DNA of 64,000 nucleotides from Macrostomum lignano (Eukaryota): NCBI GenBank assembly GCA_002269645.1, contig NIVC01003468.1, positions 1 to 64,000 of the forward strand, read 5' to 3'. Shown piece by piece: positions 61,501 to 64,000 of this stretch (position 1 is its first letter; each line of letters starts with the position of its first letter). The notes under the pieces were generated by a model. It saw only the letters and a program-made list of their open reading frames with translations, ran no database searches and was not told where the DNA came from. The position numbers and the translations under genes were made by a program.

Positions 61501-64000
61501 AGATGGCTGGTGTGAGACTAGAGATCATTAAAAAGAGATTGGATAGGATTGATGTAAGATTAGAGATGGCTGGTGTGAGACTAGAAATCATTAAAAAGAG
61601 ATTGGATAGGATTGATGCAAGATTAGAGATATCTGGTGTGAGACTAGAGATCATTAAAAAGAGATTGGATAGGATTGATGTAAGATTAGAGATGGCTGGT
61701 GTGAGACTAGAGATCATTAAAAAGAGATTGGATAGGATTGATGCAAGATTAGAGATGGCTGGTGTGAGACTAGAAATCATTAAAAAGAGATTGGATAGGA
61801 TTGATGTAAGATTAGAGATGGCTGGTGTGAGACTAGAGATCATTAAAAAGAGATTGGATAGGATTGATGCAAGATTAGAGATATCTGGTGTGAGACTAGA
61901 GATCATTAAAAAGAGATTGGATAGGATTGATGTAAGATTAGAGATGGCTGGTGTGAGACTAGAGATCATTAAAAAGAGATTGGATAGGATTGATGCAAGA
62001 TTAGAGATGGCTGGTGTGAGACTAGAAATCATTAAAAAGAGATTGGATAGGATTGATGTAAGATTAGAGATGGCTGGTGTGAGACTAGAGATCATTAAAA
62101 AGAGATTGGATAGGATTGATGTAAGATTAGAGATGGCTGGTGTGAGACTAGAGATCATTAAAAAGAGATTGGATAGGATTGATGCAAGATTAGAGATGAC
62201 TGGTGTGAGACTAGAGATCATTAAAAAGAGATTGGATAGGATTGATGCAAGATTAGAGATGGCTGGTGTGAGACTAGAGATCATTAAAAAGAGATTGGAT
62301 AGGATTGATGCAAGATTAGAGATGGCTGGTGTGAGACTAGAGATCATTAAAAAGAGATTGGATAGGATTGATGTAAGATTAGAGATGGCTGGTGTGAGAC
62401 TAGAGATCATTAAAAAGAGATTGGATAGGATTGATGTAAGATTAGATTGCACAAAGCGGATTGTTCCCAGCCAGCCAAACACTGCGTACTTCTCTGTCAG
62501 CGTGAGGCGGAGGGCGGGCAGTCGGCAGTCGGCAGTGAGCGCACTGGTATCCCGAGGCAGTCAATGAGACGGATTTCATTAGGGCAGCCGTGAGCAGCTC
62601 GGGCCCCGCCTCAAAATCTATTATTCCACTGCGCAGCTGCTGCCACAGCCTCCCAGCCTGATGAAGATGATTAAGTTTTCTCCCAATCTCCTCCCCCGTG
62701 CGCAGCTGCCTGCCTCCTGCTTGCGCTTTTCTATTCATTTTTTGCGAGTACCGCAAATTCGGTCCACGGTGCCGCAGCTGATGGCGGCGCCTTCAGCTCG
62801 CCAGAAGCGAACAGGTTCTGCAAATTGCTCGACTCGTCCGAGTGTTTAACTTCTAGAAAACTTTGAGCAGCTGGGGGCTGTTCGGCCTGGGGTTGAAGGA
62901 GGGTAGCAGAGGCAGGCGGAGGGTAGCAGAGGCAGGCGGAGGGTAGCAGAGGCAGGCGGAGGGTAGCAGAGGCAGGCGGAGGGTAGCAGAGGCAGGCGGA
63001 GGGTAGCAGAGGCAGGCGGAGGGTAGCAGAGGCAGGCGGAGGGTAGCAGAGGCAGGCGGAGGGTAGCAGAGGCAGGCGGAGGGTAGCAGAGGCAGGCGGA
63101 GGGTAGCAGAGGCAGATGGGGGATAGCAGAGGCAGATGGAGGGTAGCAGAGGCAGGCGAAGGGTAGCAGAGGCAGGCGGAGGGTAGCAGAGGCAGGCGGA
63201 GGGTAGCAGAGGCAGGCGGAGGGTAGCAGAGGCAGGCGGAGGGTAGCAGAGGCAGGCGGAGGGTAGCAGAGGCAGGCGGAGGGTAGCAGAGGCAGGCGGA
63301 GGGTAGCAGAGGCAGGCGAAGGGTAGCAGAGGCAGGCGGAGGGTAGCAGAGGCAGGCGGAGGGTAGCAGAGGCAGGCGGAGGGTAGCAGAGGCAGGCGAA
63401 GGGTAGCAGAGGCAGGCGGAGGGTAGCAGAGGCAGGCGGAGGGTAGCAGAGGCAGGCGGAGGGTAGCAGAGGCAGGCGGAGGGTAGCAGAGGCAGGCGGA
63501 GGGTAGCAGAGGCAGGCGGAGGGTAGCAGAGGCAGGCGGAGGGTAGCAGAGGCAGGCGGAGGGTAGCAGAGGCAGGCGGAGGGTAGCAGAGGCAGGCGGA
63601 GGGTAGCAGAGGCAGGCGGAGGGTAGCAGAGGCAGGCGGAGGGTAGCAGAGGCAGGCGGAGGGTAGCAGAGGCAGGCGGAGGGTAGCAGAGGCAGGCGGA
63701 GGGTAGCAGAGGCAGATGGGGGATAGCAGAGGCAGATGGAGGGTAGCAGAGGCAGGCGAAGGGTAGCAGAGGCAGGCGGAGGGTAGCAGAGGCAGGCGGA
63801 GGGTAGCAGAGGCAGGCGGAGGGTAGCAGAGGCAGGCGGAGGGTAACAACCCGATCAAACCCCTCCCCCTGTCAGGACCGGGTCCTGATCTCGCAGTGGA
63901 AGGAGGAGATCCTGGCTGCATTCGAGGCCGGCAACGCAATCCTGTCGCGCATGAACGACAAGGTGGGCAAGTGGTACGGCGCCAAGCTCTCCACCGGCTC
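49596..64000 (+). CDS. GRK2: G protein-coupled receptor kinase 2/3 (beta-ARK) orthologue, at least 6 exons, runs off window; 1-bp frameshift in exon 2
   Basis: Exons 49596-49708 ([21 protein letters not shown]), 50113-50565 (RH domain), 54318-54722 (GRGGFGEV...YRDLK), 56690-57215 ([20 protein letters not shown]), 57757-58196 (PH domain), 63876-end (QWKEEI). All GT-AG. Confidence 0.95.
51925..53050. repeat. 32-bp minisatellite with alternating 64-bp dimer in GRK2 intron 2
   Basis: GTGAGTCTGCATGAGACTGAACAT(GTCT/AGTG)CATT, with the two variants alternating. Confidence 0.95.
53981..54263 (+). mobile_element. tRNA-derived SINE in GRK2 intron 2
   Basis: A-box TGGCCCCGTGG (53988), B-box GGTTCGATTCC (54032), body GAGCAAGACA...TTGCTTCAGTTCACCCAGCTGTAAAATGGGT typical of invertebrate tRNA SINEs, ATT-type tail. 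3' end approximate. Confidence 0.7.
54808..57540. repeat. 39-bp (54808-55195), 21-bp (56020-56645) and 24-bp (57418-57540) arrays in GRK2 introns 3-4
   Basis: Tandem units read directly from the sequence. Confidence 0.9.
58215..59355. repeat. 53-bp minisatellite with a 16-bp palindrome, GRK2 intron 5
   Basis: GAAAAGTATCGGAACTGAGGGAGTAGATGTACAATTGTACATTGCGAAGGGCA. Confidence 0.95.
59990..62447. repeat. 63-bp minisatellite (about 39 copies) reading as a 21-aa heptad repeat, GRK2 intron 5
   Basis: Unit translates [21 protein letters not shown]; a 252-bp higher-order repeat recurs at 60217/60469/60721. Confidence 0.95.
62898..63844. repeat. 20-bp minisatellite just upstream of GRK2 exon 6
   Basis: GGGTAGCAGAGGCAGGCGGA. 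Confidence 0.95.

Overview
Eukaryotic (invertebrate animal) genomic DNA with spliceosomal introns, GC-rich Ala/Gly-rich exons and introns filled with unrelated minisatellites. This style suggests a flatworm such as Macrostomum, which is inference only. (1) 1-8.1 kb is an endogenous Polinton/Maverick (adintovirus-like) region. It has intact major and minor capsid ORFs, three broken protein-primed PolB pieces, and two same-orientation terminus-like sequences ending ...CATTCTACT(ACT), each abutting a different PolB fragment, which suggests nested self-insertion. (2) 8.1-18.4 kb is repeats: a 4.3-kb 36-bp satellite with higher-order structure and a foldback-like inverted structure containing a TA-flanked MITE whose interior is a tandem array of its own TIR. 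(3) 19.9-64 kb holds host genes: a PAN/C-type lectin (+), a 5-exon bifunctional PAM (-), a near-complete mariner, a conotoxin-like knottin precursor (+), an atypical class A GPCR (-), a small 2-TM ORF (-), an RNF144-type RBR ligase (-) and GRK2/3 (+, runs off the window). No CRISPR array, rRNA or true tRNA gene is supported. Exon boundaries were read by eye; repeat boundaries are approximate. No database searches were run, so family calls rest on recognised motifs.
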